IMG/VR virus record: IMGVR_UViG_3300043409_002154
Span: 32,001-96,000 of that record
Reading direction: 5' to 3' (one strand)
Length of the DNA: 64,000 nucleotides
Source: a virus
The notes under the pieces were generated by a model that saw only the letters and a list, made by a program, of their open reading frames with translations, had not been told where the DNA came from and made no database searches. Below are positions 20,624 to 30,244 of this stretch, one piece after another (the first letter of the stretch is position 1; every line of letters begins with the position of its first letter). The position numbers were made by a program, and so were the translations under genes.

Positions 20624-22582
20624 TTAACTAGGTCTACTACCATTAGTTACGACATCTTTTATACTTGTTGCAACAACTTGTTTTAATCCCATGTCATCTT
20701 TAAACGCTTGAGTAACTACATCCACTATTTTTTGATTTAAATCAGGATTAATATTATCGTTTGATGTGCTTACTCTAACCTCAATAACTACTTTATTTTC
20801 GTTTGATGACACATTTGTTGCCGAATTTTTAGACATATTTTCCAACTCTTTTGTTGGCATATTTAACCCTCTAGATATCATCTGGGTAAAGTCAGTATCA
20901 ATAGGGTTACCTCCTTTAATCATTTTTGCAATATCATTAAGCCCAGTACCGGCAATAATTGTGTCTTTTTCAAAAAAATCAATATCACCATCTTCGGTCC
21001 TAATAAAATCAAACCCTGTTTGTGTCTTGACCTTTTTTGATATTTCCGATAAAACATCCCCAATACCTACACCTAACAAACTTAATTTTTCAGTTAATTC
21101 ATTAATTACGATATTAAATGGTTCAGGTAATTTATTGGTTTCTACTTCCATTTGTTCAATACCTTTAGGTAAATTAAATAATGATTCCTTAAACTTTTTT
21201 AACATGTCATCCACTCCCTCTTCCTTATCCCGTATTGGATTAAAACCATCTCTGTTTTCTGTAATTTCTCTAGTATTCCCACCTCCAAGTTCTCTTAATA
21301 TATTTGCAACTGATTCATTAAACCCCTGACCCATTTTTGAAGCATCAATTGTTGATGCCGCAACCGCTTGTCCTAACCCTCTACTCACACCGATAGTCCC
21401 TAAAGTGAATTGTATTAACTGTAATTGGGTTAATTGCTCTTGAGCTAATTTTTCAACTGTTTTTGGTTCTAATTTTTTTAACATGTCATTACTAAATTCT
21501 CCATTTTTAGTTGACCTCTCGATAAAATCATTCATATTTTCTTCAACACCATTAACGGTAATTACAAATTCATTTTTGTCATTTAAACGTGACATATTTG
21601 CAATTAACGTTTTTTGTTCTTCAGTTGCCATTTCAGGAAATTTTATAGATGATAATTTACTCTCTAATTCCGAACCAGCTCTAGCCATATTTGTCAACTC
21701 CGTATAAGGAATATCTAATTCTTTACTAATCGCCTGAAGTCGTTCTCTACCACCTGGTAATATTTCCATTTGACCTGTTACCTCATTTAATTTACTAAAA
21801 CCTTTTGTCATCTCAACAATTTGTTTTTGAAGTTCCGCAGGGTCATTTTGAGACATATTCATTAATCTCATTGGGTCTAATAAATCAGATTGGACAACTC
21901 CTAATCTTTGTAACGCCGCTGCAGTATCAATTGCCGCTTCAGGATTTAATAATTTATTCGCTAAGGTTAATGTTGATTCCATTCCAACCCTCATTTGAAC
22001 GGAAGCCGCCGCCATTTTTGTAAACCCATCAATTCCACCTTGAAATGTGAATTTATCCATAGCGGACATATTACTAAGCATTTCATCACTTATTTTTCTT
22101 CCATTAAGTCCTCTAGCCATTGCAATATCAAAAACTTTTGCTGTTTTTTCTGAAACCGCTTCTAAACTATATCCAATATTAGTGTAATTTTCAGTTAACA
22201 CTTTAACAGATTTACCAGTAAGGTCTGACGATGCTCTTAAATTTCCAAATAACTTATCATTATATTGGGTGTTTTTTCCGGTAACCACACTTAAATCAAC
22301 AACCATTTCTTTAGCAATTTCAATCGCTTTTTGAGCCCCATACCCAAGGTTTTGGATACCTGCTACTGAACCGGCAATATTTTTTCTAATCGCGTCAGCA
22401 GATTCTGCTCCCGTCCCAATTTCTCTAGTCGTTTCCGCAGATAAATCGTAAACAGTTTTGAAAGTTTTTTTAAGTGTTTCTGTACTTAACGAGTCGGCAA
22501 GTTTTCCAAGGAAACTACTTAAAACGTTCTGTATGTCAGCTATTTCAGTTAAGACTGCCTTTTTTTTGTTACCGTTTGGCAT
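20624..22582 (-). CDS. Tape measure protein
   Basis: 652-aa Ala/Leu/Gly-rich helical ORF directly downstream of the tail tube and chaperone genes. Confidence 0.7.
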   Translation of the reverse strand: MPNGNKKKAVLTEIADIQNVLSSFLGKLADSLSTETLKKTFKTVYDLSAETTREIGTGAESADAIRKNIAGSVAGIQNLGYGAQKAIEIAKEMVVDLSVVTGKNTQYNDKLFGNLRASSDLTGKSVKVLTENYTNIGYSLEAVSEKTAKVFDIAMARGLNGRKISDEMLSNMSAMDKFTFQGGIDGFTKMAAASVQMRVGMESTLTLANKLLNPEAAIDTAAALQRLGVVQSDLLDPMRLMNMSQNDPAELQKQIVEMTKGFSKLNEVTGQMEILPGGRERLQAISKELDIPYTELTNMARAGSELESKLSSIKFPEMATEEQKTLIANMSRLNDKNEFVITVNGVEENMNDFIERSTKNGEFSNDMLKKLEPKTVEKLAQEQLTQLQLIQFTLGTIGVSRGLGQAVAASTIDASKMGQGFNESVANILRELGGGNTREITENRDGFNPIRDKEEGVDDMLKKFKESLFNLPKGIEQMEVETNKLPEPFNIVINELTEKLSLLGVGIGDVLSEISKKVKTQTGFDFIRTEDGDIDFFEKDTIIAGTGLNDIAKMIKGGNPIDTDFTQMISRGLNMPTKELENMSKNSATNVSSNENKVVIEVRVSTSNDNINPDLNQKIVDVVTQAFKDDMGLKQVVATSIKDVVTNGSRPS

Positions 22583-22610
22583 GTTATTTTTAATTATAAA
22601 TATCTAAAAA

Positions 22611-22760
22611 CTATTTTTGAGACTCTAATAATTTGTTCATTAAAAAAGTTTTTACATATGTAGGCATATTTAAAAATTCAGAATAACTGATATGGAGTAA
22701 TTTCGCAAAATAAAAATATTGGTTTAATACAACCTCGGTATGATTAGAAGAAAGGCCGAA
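22611..22760 (-). CDS. Shifted-frame extension of the tail assembly chaperone (gpGT/gp51-like), not in the ORF track
   Basis: Open +1 frame FGLSSNHTEVVLNQYFYFAKLLHISYSEFLNMPTYVKTFLMNKLLESQK*, starting at TTT TTT CGG and filling the gap to the tape measure gene. Confidence 0.7.
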   Translation of the reverse strand, partial: FGLSSNHTEVVLNQYFYFAKLLHISYSEFLNMPTYVKTFLMNKLLESQK

Positions 22761-23502
22761 AAAATTCAACCCCGAAGGTAATATTAATATCTACCATTTC
22801 TCCTGACGGGGTTCTAACTTTTCGTTTAAGGTCTAAACCTGGGTTATTGTTATTTAAAAATTTTCTTATATGTTTAGAATCCATAATTGGAAGATTTTCA
22901 ATATATGTAGAAATAAAAATTTTATCTTCATTACCGTTAATACTTACAATTTCTTTATTAAGTCTTAAAGTAATAGACGGAACTGTTCTTCCAACTGGAT
23001 ATTGATTAATTATTGATTCTAATTCTCTTTGTTCACCATACGACATTAGTTTTAACTTAATAGTGTCACCACTTCTTGGAAGAACGGTAGTTAAATGTCC
23101 ATTTTCATCTGGATTAACTTCAGTTTTTTTAATGTTTAATTCATCTAAAAGAATTGAAGATTCAAATTTTTTATTTGTTTTTGTATCGGTAATTGAAAAG
23201 AAATATTCATGTCCAAAAGACGTATTTCTTAAAAAAATTAATATTGCTTCAATATCCCCGTCTAAAAGTTCTTCAACTTTTAATTCTGGTTCATAAAGTT
23301 TACTTCTAATTAATGTTGTTATTATATTTGCAGATGGGTTAGACAATGCCGACGCAATTATATTTTCATCAGAAGCGGTTAAATAACCCACTTTAACCAC
23401 CTTTTTTTTTGATTTATAATAAATCCCACCTGATGGTAATGTTACCAAATCATGTGGTAAATTCATATTTTGCGTTCCCGCATTAATTAATTCTTGGTCC
23501 AT
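22744..23502 (-). CDS. Tail assembly chaperone / T4 gp26-like baseplate hub assembly protein
   Basis: LPSGGIYY, YLTASDENI, GDIEAILIFLR..SFG and C-terminal FGVEFFRP; between tube and tape measure. Confidence 0.8.
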   Translation of the reverse strand: MDQELINAGTQNMNLPHDLVTLPSGGIYYKSKKKVVKVGYLTASDENIIASALSNPSANIITTLIRSKLYEPELKVEELLDGDIEAILIFLRNTSFGHEYFFSITDTKTNKKFESSILLDELNIKKTEVNPDENGHLTTVLPRSGDTIKLKLMSYGEQRELESIINQYPVGRTVPSITLRLNKEIVSINGNEDKIFISTYIENLPIMDSKHIRKFLNNNNPGLDLKRKVRTPSGEMVDINITFGVEFFRPFF

Positions 23503-23534
23503 CTTTTTATTTTAAAAATAAACCTTTAAATAAA

Positions 23535-23657
23535 TTAATCAATCTTTTTATTAACTTTTTTTACTTTTTTTTTATGTCTATTTTTAAATTCTATTTCAGT
23601 TTCAAAAATTTTTCCACAATTTGTGCAAGTATATCCTGTGTTTATATTTATTTCCAT
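23535..23657 (-). CDS. 40-aa zinc-finger-like basic peptide, not in the ORF track
   Basis: Manual translation MEININTGYTCTNCGKIFETEIEFKNRHKKKVKKVNKKID*. Confidence 0.5.
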   Translation of the reverse strand: MEININTGYTCTNCGKIFETEIEFKNRHKKKVKKVNKKID

Positions 23658-23691
23658 TTTTTGATTTTGTATTAAAACTTAATTTTATTGT

Positions 23692-23725
23692 AAAAAAAAA
23701 CCCATATAGTTTAATATATGGATTT
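23692..23725 (-). terminator. Probable terminator after the tail tube gene
   Basis: CCATATA/TATATGG stem followed by a long T run on the minus strand. Confidence 0.55.
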
Positions 23726-23756
23726 AAAATTTGGGTATAAAGGATTTATAATATTT

Positions 23757-24245
23757 TTAGTAAACTAAGATACAACGGTCCATTCTTAATGAAGTGGAAA
23801 TTGTCGCTAATTTATCGTCAGAATAACCAAGTGCCCCAAAATCGGCGCTAGTTAAAAAACAACCTTCTAAAATCCATTTTTCAACCACAACACCTGTTGG
23901 GTCCAACATTTCAAGGTCAACATTTTTTTTATATCCTGCCGCGTATCCCATACGACCTGTAACAGATTCTGCACATAATCTAACCCATTCCATTAATGCT
24001 TGGGACGCTGAAGGACCTATAGGGTCTCTAAACGTGACCGCAATTTCATTCCATTCAAATCTACCTGCAACATAAGTTGAAGTGTTTAAAAAAGGAATTG
24101 CTGTTGAGTTAATTTTTATACTAGGTCTTTTTGCGGTTTCAACAAACCATTCGTTTATACCTAACGTTGAAGGAAAACGCATAATAAACCTGTTAGCTCT
24201 TTTTGGTTCATACGGTATGGGCATTTTCATTAATAAATCGGCCAT
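23757..24245 (-). CDS. Tail tube protein (T4 gp19-like)
   Basis: EPKRANRF, AGRFEWNEIAVTFRD, YKKNVDLEMLDPTG..VEKWILEGCF; downstream of the sheath. Confidence 0.92.
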   Translation of the reverse strand: MADLLMKMPIPYEPKRANRFIMRFPSTLGINEWFVETAKRPSIKINSTAIPFLNTSTYVAGRFEWNEIAVTFRDPIGPSASQALMEWVRLCAESVTGRMGYAAGYKKNVDLEMLDPTGVVVEKWILEGCFLTSADFGALGYSDDKLATISTSLRMDRCILVY

Positions 24246-24348
24246 GTTATTTTGTTTTAATTGTTTTTATTTCTTTTATTATAAATATACTGTTATAAAA
24301 TTTTTCTATTTACTTTTGTTTTTTATTTTTTATCATAACAATATAAAA

Positions 24349-25227
24349 TTACTGCAGTTTTTTAATTCCTCCATATGTAGAATATGTTTTAAGATTATTT
24401 TTTGGAATTTTATCAAAATGTCCTTTTATTTTTTCTACATTTTTTAAATCATCATCAGAAAAACCAATCATAGGCTCTCTTTCCATAAAAGAATTATTAA
24501 CTTTTGTTATAAGTCCTCCATTTTTAATTAATTCTTTTAAATTACCGGCATTATGTTTAACATATTGTAAAAATTCAGTTAAAGCGTCAATTTTACCTTG
24601 TTCTGGAGAAGACGCTTGATTTGAACCAAAACTTACCGGGTAAAATTTACAAAGATTTAAATATTCATTAACTAATTGTTCTTTAGTTTCATTTTTATTA
24701 ATAGGTTCATTAGCAAGTTTTTTAAATTTTATAATGTTATTTACCACTTCATCAGAATTGATTCCGTTATGATTTGACATTATATACATATAAACTCCCT
24801 TTTTAAGGGTATTTGGGTTATGTCCTCTTGCGGTTACTATTGAAAAAATTGAAGCGTGGTTAATAGCTTCTTTAAAATCTTCCCAAGCTGGACCTTCTTT
24901 AGCGTTTAAAATGTCTTTTAAAAACTTAGAATCCCCCTGAACTTGGAAATTTCTAAAAGAATTGTCGGCAAATCCAGTAATTTCTTGACCTTCGTACATG
25001 AAGGGTGTTTTACCTATTTTACTTCTATATGTTGCAAAATCTTCAGTTGACATTCCAACTTCGTCACCTTTTGAATTTTTAAGTATGATTTCAGTAGGCA
25101 TTGTTACAATATTATCGTCCCAATCAAATGAATAATATTTTAAACTTGGTAGACCTTCTTTATCAAAATTTTCATCTATTAAAAATTTAAAATTTTGATA
25201 TTGTTTTGTTGTTAATTTAAAGTTCAT
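24349..25227 (-). CDS. HAD-superfamily-like protein
   Basis: FDWDDNI (DxD motif I), IVTARG (motif II) and FSDDDLKN (motif IV). Confidence 0.65.
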   Translation of the reverse strand: MNFKLTTKQYQNFKFLIDENFDKEGLPSLKYYSFDWDDNIVTMPTEIILKNSKGDEVGMSTEDFATYRSKIGKTPFMYEGQEITGFADNSFRNFQVQGDSKFLKDILNAKEGPAWEDFKEAINHASIFSIVTARGHNPNTLKKGVYMYIMSNHNGINSDEVVNNIIKFKKLANEPINKNETKEQLVNEYLNLCKFYPVSFGSNQASSPEQGKIDALTEFLQYVKHNAGNLKELIKNGGLITKVNNSFMEREPMIGFSDDDLKNVEKIKGHFDKIPKNNLKTYSTYGGIKKLQ

Positions 25228-25290
25228 AATGTATTTTATTTGTTAACTTATGTTTTCTAATATTTTAATTTGTAATAATAACATAACGGC

Positions 25291-25335
25291 TAATTAAAAA
25301 AACAAGTTGACATTACATCAACTTGTTTTTAATTA
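25291..25335 (-). terminator. Intrinsic terminator after the tail sheath gene
   Basis: AAAAACAAGTTGA-N7-TCAACTTGTTTTT inverted repeat. Confidence 0.8.
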
Positions 25336-25339
25336 AAAT

Positions 25340-28300
25340 TTATATATTCTCAAACGATGCTCCAGTTGGAGTAATGTAAAAGGTTATATCAATAAATTCA
25401 AGTGACTTAGTTGGTTTGATATAAATCTTACCAGTCAATTGATTCCTATCTAAATCAGCCGCGTCTGAAGAAACTGTTACACGAAAATCGTATAAACCTC
25501 TGTCTCTTCTAATAGCGTCTAATATTGGATTAACTGCGTCTAAGAAATCTTGTCTTACTTTAGCGTCGTTTTGTTCAAATAATAATCTAACAGAAACTGC
25601 CGATATTAATTTACGTGCTTGTAATAATAATCTTCTTACGTTTATTCTATCAAGTGCTGATTCTCTAATTTGTAAAGTTTTATTTCCCCAAATAACAGTT
25701 CCAACATCAGAAAAAGTTGCAATTGGATTGATTCTACCTTTATATAAAGTATCTCTATCCTCTTGTGTTAATTTTTTTCTTGCTTTGATAGCGTTTACTA
25801 AACCACGTGTATAACCAGCCGCTGCGAACCAAGGGAACGCAATGTTATCGGTTAATGCTAAGTTTCTTGTAACCTCAGCGGTAGGTGGTAGGTAAATTTG
25901 AGTGTTATTAACACTATCTCTAGTTAAAACCCAAGGGTAATAAGTTGCAGTATAGTTAGAGTCAATTCCAGTACCTTCTAAATTATCAACCGATTCTTGT
26001 GGGTAAATAATGTCAGTTGGTTCTCCAACTGTAGGTGTAAACAAATTATAATCCGGTGTTGTACAAATATATAATGAATCAGCTCTATCGAATTCAATCA
26101 TTTGAATTGCTCCTTCAACTAAATCAGAATTACTTAAATAATCAATACCAGGGGTTACAAATAAATTAATATTAACCGCTTCAGGATTAGAAAATGTGTT
26201 TATACCTAAAAGATAAGCGTAATAGTCAGAATTACCGTATTCAATTGTGTTGTCACCAACAGTTATTTGTTTAAACGCTCCCCAACCTGTTGCTGTAGGA
26301 TATTTAATTGATGGACAAGCTCCTTTTAAATAACCACTTCTTCCTAAGACAAAATTGTCAGCGTTAGTTCTATATTCTCTGTAAATATCCCAACCGTCAA
26401 AACCACCGGTACAAAGTAAAGTAAATTTACGAGAGAATAACCTATAATATTGGTTTGACTCGTTACTAGGGTCTGTTGTAAAAGGTGATGCTCCAACAAA
26501 AAACAAAGGAGTTCCACTTGTAGTGTAATTACTGGATATAGTTAAAGCACTTGCGTTAACGTCCATATGATAACCTCTTGTTTTATAAGCCCAATCGTCA
26601 CCAGTACTATCCGAACAAACACTAAGAGGTAATTGTTTACCTTTGTATTGTAAGAAATCAGTATCAACTCCAACCGAATCAGAAATACCTAAATAAGTTC
26701 TTCTTACTTTATCACCGTTACTTCTAATTGCATCATCAGCTCCTGACGACAAACCAAATGGTGGGTTGTAAACGACTTCTCCAGGATAATCATATTTTGT
26801 TTTATAAACTGGGAATGGAGGTCTTACACCAGCGTATTCCCTAAATTGAAAACCTTCAAATCCACAAGGTAACGCGTCAATCGGAGCGTCATCATTCATT
26901 TCAACCATCACTAATTTAGAGTTTAATGTGTATTCTCCGTTTTTAGTTCCTATTTTCTTTCCAACAAATCCATTATCGTTTGGATTCATATTACAATTTG
27001 TGAATTTTTCTAACACAACTGGTGATTCGTCACTATCAAAGAAATCTCTAATTAATACGTCAAAATTACCATTACCAAATGAAATATTTGCGATTGAAAT
27101 TTTAATTTCAGTGTTAGCCGCATTACCGTCAGCAATTGTTGTAAATTTAAATAAATTAGAAACTTTATTTCCTCTTAATTCAGAAACTACCCAAGGTGAT
27201 GTTGGTGATTGATATTGTTCTAAATACCAACCAATACTTGTTGGGTCAGAACCCTGTCTTGCGTCTGGTAAATAAGTTAAGTTAGAACTTACCCCTCTAA
27301 TATAACCTTTTCTATAACCATAAGTTAATAACGCTCCAAATTGTTCTTCAACAAATAAAGGTACCGTAGTCCTTGGTTTTGAAAAATTAGAAGCTCCAAA
27401 AACTTTTGATACATAATTAACATCTGAAATTTGAAAAGAAGTTTCAAAAAATAAATTATTTCCGTCTTTGTCTGTAATGTTAACACCAAAAGGTGAAAAT
27501 GGATTTTTAGATGCTCCAGAATAAGAACCTGAAAAATCTAAAGTCATTCCAGTTTGTCCGGTAACTTGATAAACCGCTCCAGTATCGGTAGAGTAAGTTG
27601 CTAACCCTCTTGACCTCATTGTTGCGATAACTAAATCATCATAATTTAAGTAAGGAGTTCCTGAATAAACGTATATTGTACCGTTAACAGTTCCGCTAAA
27701 GTTAGTAATTATTGTTCCGGTAGAATTATTTCCGGTATTACCTGTCACACAAGGATTACAAGGGTCACTAATTTCAACATTAACTGTCCAATTTTGAGTG
27801 ACCGTAGTATCTTCTGACACTAAAACGTATGTTTTTGTTAAACCTGTAAAATTAACAGTACTTCCAGTGGAGTATTGTGTTACAGAATTAAGAGTAACTC
27901 CCGTTGTACAAGCACTAAATGTAACAGTTAAAGCAGATAAATCATTAGTAGTTGTTGCAGAAGGAAGACAAAGTGAAATTGTATTTGTAGTGTAATTAAT
28001 ACTACCGCTATGTGTACTACCACTAAGAGCGGATGACGCTCCACTAACCGAAAACGAATAAAAAGTAGCACAATTTGATGATGTAGATGTTTGAGTTAAA
28101 CCTGTAATATAATTATAAAACGAATAACCACTATATGTACCATTACCATTATTATCAAATAATGCATAGTACCAAGGGTCGTTATTTGGGTCATTAAAAT
28201 TAGCATTTCCTGAATTAACATAATCTAAATTAAATACATTTGTTGACGCTGTATAACCACTTAATGAATTATAATCGGTTTGAGGTATAACACCAAAATA

Positions 28301-28924
28301 TTTTATAGAATAGTTCTCAGTATCGCTATTAGATATTACACCATAAATTTGATTTTTTAAATCTGAACTTAATGTTGATGTTGTACCGTTAAATTGTTGA
28401 TAAGTAGAATTTAAGTCTTCATTTAATAACCAAGGAAATGTTTCTGTAAACCCTACCGAAGTAACATTATCATTATTTCCTGTAAAAGATACAGAGTAAG
28501 AATATTCTTCAAATTCAACACAAGTTGTTACACAATCAACAGTTGACGAACTAAAACATTTTTGACCAACAGTTGTTGTATCAACGTTTGCAACAGTTGT
28601 AATACTCCAAGATGGACCGGCATCATAACCAGATAAACCCAAAACTCTAGTAACAAATAGTTGGTTTGATTGTTGTAAATAAGATTTAGCTATATATGCC
28701 GCCTCATATTTAGGGATTTGTGTGTTTATAAATTTTTCGGCGGATGTTCCACCAAAATACGTTGAAAATTCATCAAAATTTGTGATGAAAATAGGTTCAA
28801 AAGCGGGACCTTTTAATGTCTCACCAACAATACCTAAAGTTGTAACGCCAACACTTTGCGCAACAAAACTCAAATCAACTTCCGAGGTATATACTCCCGG
28901 GGACACGAATACTTTATTTGCCAT
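25340..28924 (-). CDS. Contractile tail sheath protein with large insertions (1194 aa)
   Basis: N-terminal FVSPGVYTSEVDLS; C-terminal PWFAAAGYTRG, LYKGRINPI, WGNKTLQ and DRINVRRLL. Confidence 0.95.
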   Translation of the reverse strand: MANKVFVSPGVYTSEVDLSFVAQSVGVTTLGIVGETLKGPAFEPIFITNFDEFSTYFGGTSAEKFINTQIPKYEAAYIAKSYLQQSNQLFVTRVLGLSGYDAGPSWSITTVANVDTTTVGQKCFSSSTVDCVTTCVEFEEYSYSVSFTGNNDNVTSVGFTETFPWLLNEDLNSTYQQFNGTTSTLSSDLKNQIYGVISNSDTENYSIKYFGVIPQTDYNSLSGYTASTNVFNLDYVNSGNANFNDPNNDPWYYALFDNNGNGTYSGYSFYNYITGLTQTSTSSNCATFYSFSVSGASSALSGSTHSGSINYTTNTISLCLPSATTTNDLSALTVTFSACTTGVTLNSVTQYSTGSTVNFTGLTKTYVLVSEDTTVTQNWTVNVEISDPCNPCVTGNTGNNSTGTIITNFSGTVNGTIYVYSGTPYLNYDDLVIATMRSRGLATYSTDTGAVYQVTGQTGMTLDFSGSYSGASKNPFSPFGVNITDKDGNNLFFETSFQISDVNYVSKVFGASNFSKPRTTVPLFVEEQFGALLTYGYRKGYIRGVSSNLTYLPDARQGSDPTSIGWYLEQYQSPTSPWVVSELRGNKVSNLFKFTTIADGNAANTEIKISIANISFGNGNFDVLIRDFFDSDESPVVLEKFTNCNMNPNDNGFVGKKIGTKNGEYTLNSKLVMVEMNDDAPIDALPCGFEGFQFREYAGVRPPFPVYKTKYDYPGEVVYNPPFGLSSGADDAIRSNGDKVRRTYLGISDSVGVDTDFLQYKGKQLPLSVCSDSTGDDWAYKTRGYHMDVNASALTISSNYTTSGTPLFFVGASPFTTDPSNESNQYYRLFSRKFTLLCTGGFDGWDIYREYRTNADNFVLGRSGYLKGACPSIKYPTATGWGAFKQITVGDNTIEYGNSDYYAYLLGINTFSNPEAVNINLFVTPGIDYLSNSDLVEGAIQMIEFDRADSLYICTTPDYNLFTPTVGEPTDIIYPQESVDNLEGTGIDSNYTATYYPWVLTRDSVNNTQIYLPPTAEVTRNLALTDNIAFPWFAAAGYTRGLVNAIKARKKLTQEDRDTLYKGRINPIATFSDVGTVIWGNKTLQIRESALDRINVRRLLLQARKLISAVSVRLLFEQNDAKVRQDFLDAVNPILDAIRRDRGLYDFRVTVSSDAADLDRNQLTGKIYIKPTKSLEFIDITFYITPTGASFENI

Positions 28925-29014
28925 TCTTAATTTTTTTTAATTAGTTATTTATTTTCTAATAAATATTTCATTAAATAGCAAAAAACTTGACTTTACAATA
29001 TGTATTAATAAATT

Positions 29015-29039
29015 AGGTAGACTTTTTTCTGCCTTTTTT
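29015..29039 (+). promoter_or_regulatory. Inverted repeat upstream of the small RHH gene (operator or attenuator)
   Basis: AGGTAGA-CTTTTT-TCTGCCT followed by a T run, in the divergent sheath/RHH intergenic region. Confidence 0.45.
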
Positions 29040-29047
29040 ATCTTACC

Positions 29048-29215
29048 TTGCAAAACGAGTCAAAAATAAAGAATTTAAAAATTTCAAAAGAAGCACATGA
29101 AATTTTAAAAACGTATTGCAACAAAAAAGGAATTAAAATTTATAGATTTATTGAAAAATTAATTTTAGAAAAATGTAAAAATAAAAAAGATATTTATGGA
29201 GATAATCTAGATTAA
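29048..29215 (+). CDS. Small ribbon-helix-helix protein, 55 aa with TTG start, not in the ORF track
   Basis: Manual translation MQNESKIKNLKISKEAHEILKTYCNKKGIKIYRFIEKLILEKCKNKKDIYGDNLD*; strand-helix-G-helix pattern. Confidence 0.7.
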   Translation: MQNESKIKNLKISKEAHEILKTYCNKKGIKIYRFIEKLILEKCKNKKDIYGDNLD

Positions 29216-30244
29216 AGAATTTTCATATAAAATTTTAGATTCTAAACTACCATTTGTTTTTATAATAACAATTCTTAGAGTGTCTTTATTATTTATTTGT
29301 ATCTCAATTAAATCAGACCCATAATAATTGTTGTTGATATAAACATCAAAACTACTAATATTAATTTTTGATTGTATTAAAATATTTGTATTGTAATCAT
29401 AAACTTGAGTTATAGTACTATTACCAATAATAAACAATATTTCTTTTGGACCTACTATCACATCTTCTTTGTTTTTTTTACGATTAATAATTTTTCGATT
29501 ATCTAACTCAAGAACTTTAAGAATTCTAGTTATTGCGGGAGAAACTTCAAATTCGTTTTCATCTATTAAAAACCCCAACATTGTAAATTCATAACTTTGA
29601 ATATAATACTTTCTTTTTTCAAGACCAGATTCGGACTCATCAGTTATATTACCCATAACAATTGGAATATAATGACCTTTTATTTCAGCATAAGCTTGTT
29701 TTGATGAAAACTTTTCTAAAACATTCTTATTAAAAGAATTAATTTCTCTCATTCTATTACATATTATTTTAACAGAATAGGTAATATCAACAGGAACTGG
29801 TTGTGGTATTTTATATACGTCCATACCATTTCTTGTACCATCCCAAGTAGGAACTTGAGCGTAAAAAAATTGTTTTCGATTAGGTATTGTGTAAAGTAAA
29901 GATGGGTTTGTTCCGTATTTAACTTCAGGTATTCTAACTATAGTTATAAAAGGAGGTTCAACATTTTTATCAATATTTTGTAAATCCCAAGTTTCGGTAA
30001 ATTGAGCCCAATTTTGAGTTGTTAACAAGATATCAACGGTAGGGATAATCTTACCATTAACAATTGTTTTAAGTTCGTTTTTTACAAAAGATAAAAACCC
30101 CCCATCTAAATCTGCATGTAATAAAGATTTTGGAAGGTAAGTTCCATCCATATTAATTTTTTCAACTAATTCTTCTCGTCTAGAAAATAACGTTTTTTGA
30201 TTAGTTAAAGGTATATTTTTTTTTATTTTACTTGGTAACGCCAT
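29207..30244 (-). CDS. Tail completion/terminator protein (T4 gp15-like)
   Basis: PQPVPVDITYSVKIIC...YEFTMLGFL; positioned between neck and sheath genes. Confidence 0.65.
   Translation of the reverse strand: MALPSKIKKNIPLTNQKTLFSRREELVEKINMDGTYLPKSLLHADLDGGFLSFVKNELKTIVNGKIIPTVDILLTTQNWAQFTETWDLQNIDKNVEPPFITIVRIPEVKYGTNPSLLYTIPNRKQFFYAQVPTWDGTRNGMDVYKIPQPVPVDITYSVKIICNRMREINSFNKNVLEKFSSKQAYAEIKGHYIPIVMGNITDESESGLEKRKYYIQSYEFTMLGFLIDENEFEVSPAITRILKVLELDNRKIINRKKNKEDVIVGPKEILFIIGNSTITQVYDYNTNILIQSKINISSFDVYINNNYYGSDLIEIQINNKDTLRIVIIKTNGSLESKILYENSLI

Noticed and set aside
22718-22765. Canonical -1 frameshift in the tail chaperone
   Set aside because: The -1 frame (ATT TTT TCG ... TAT TAA) stops after about 12 codons; only the +1/-2 frame is open to the tape measure gene.
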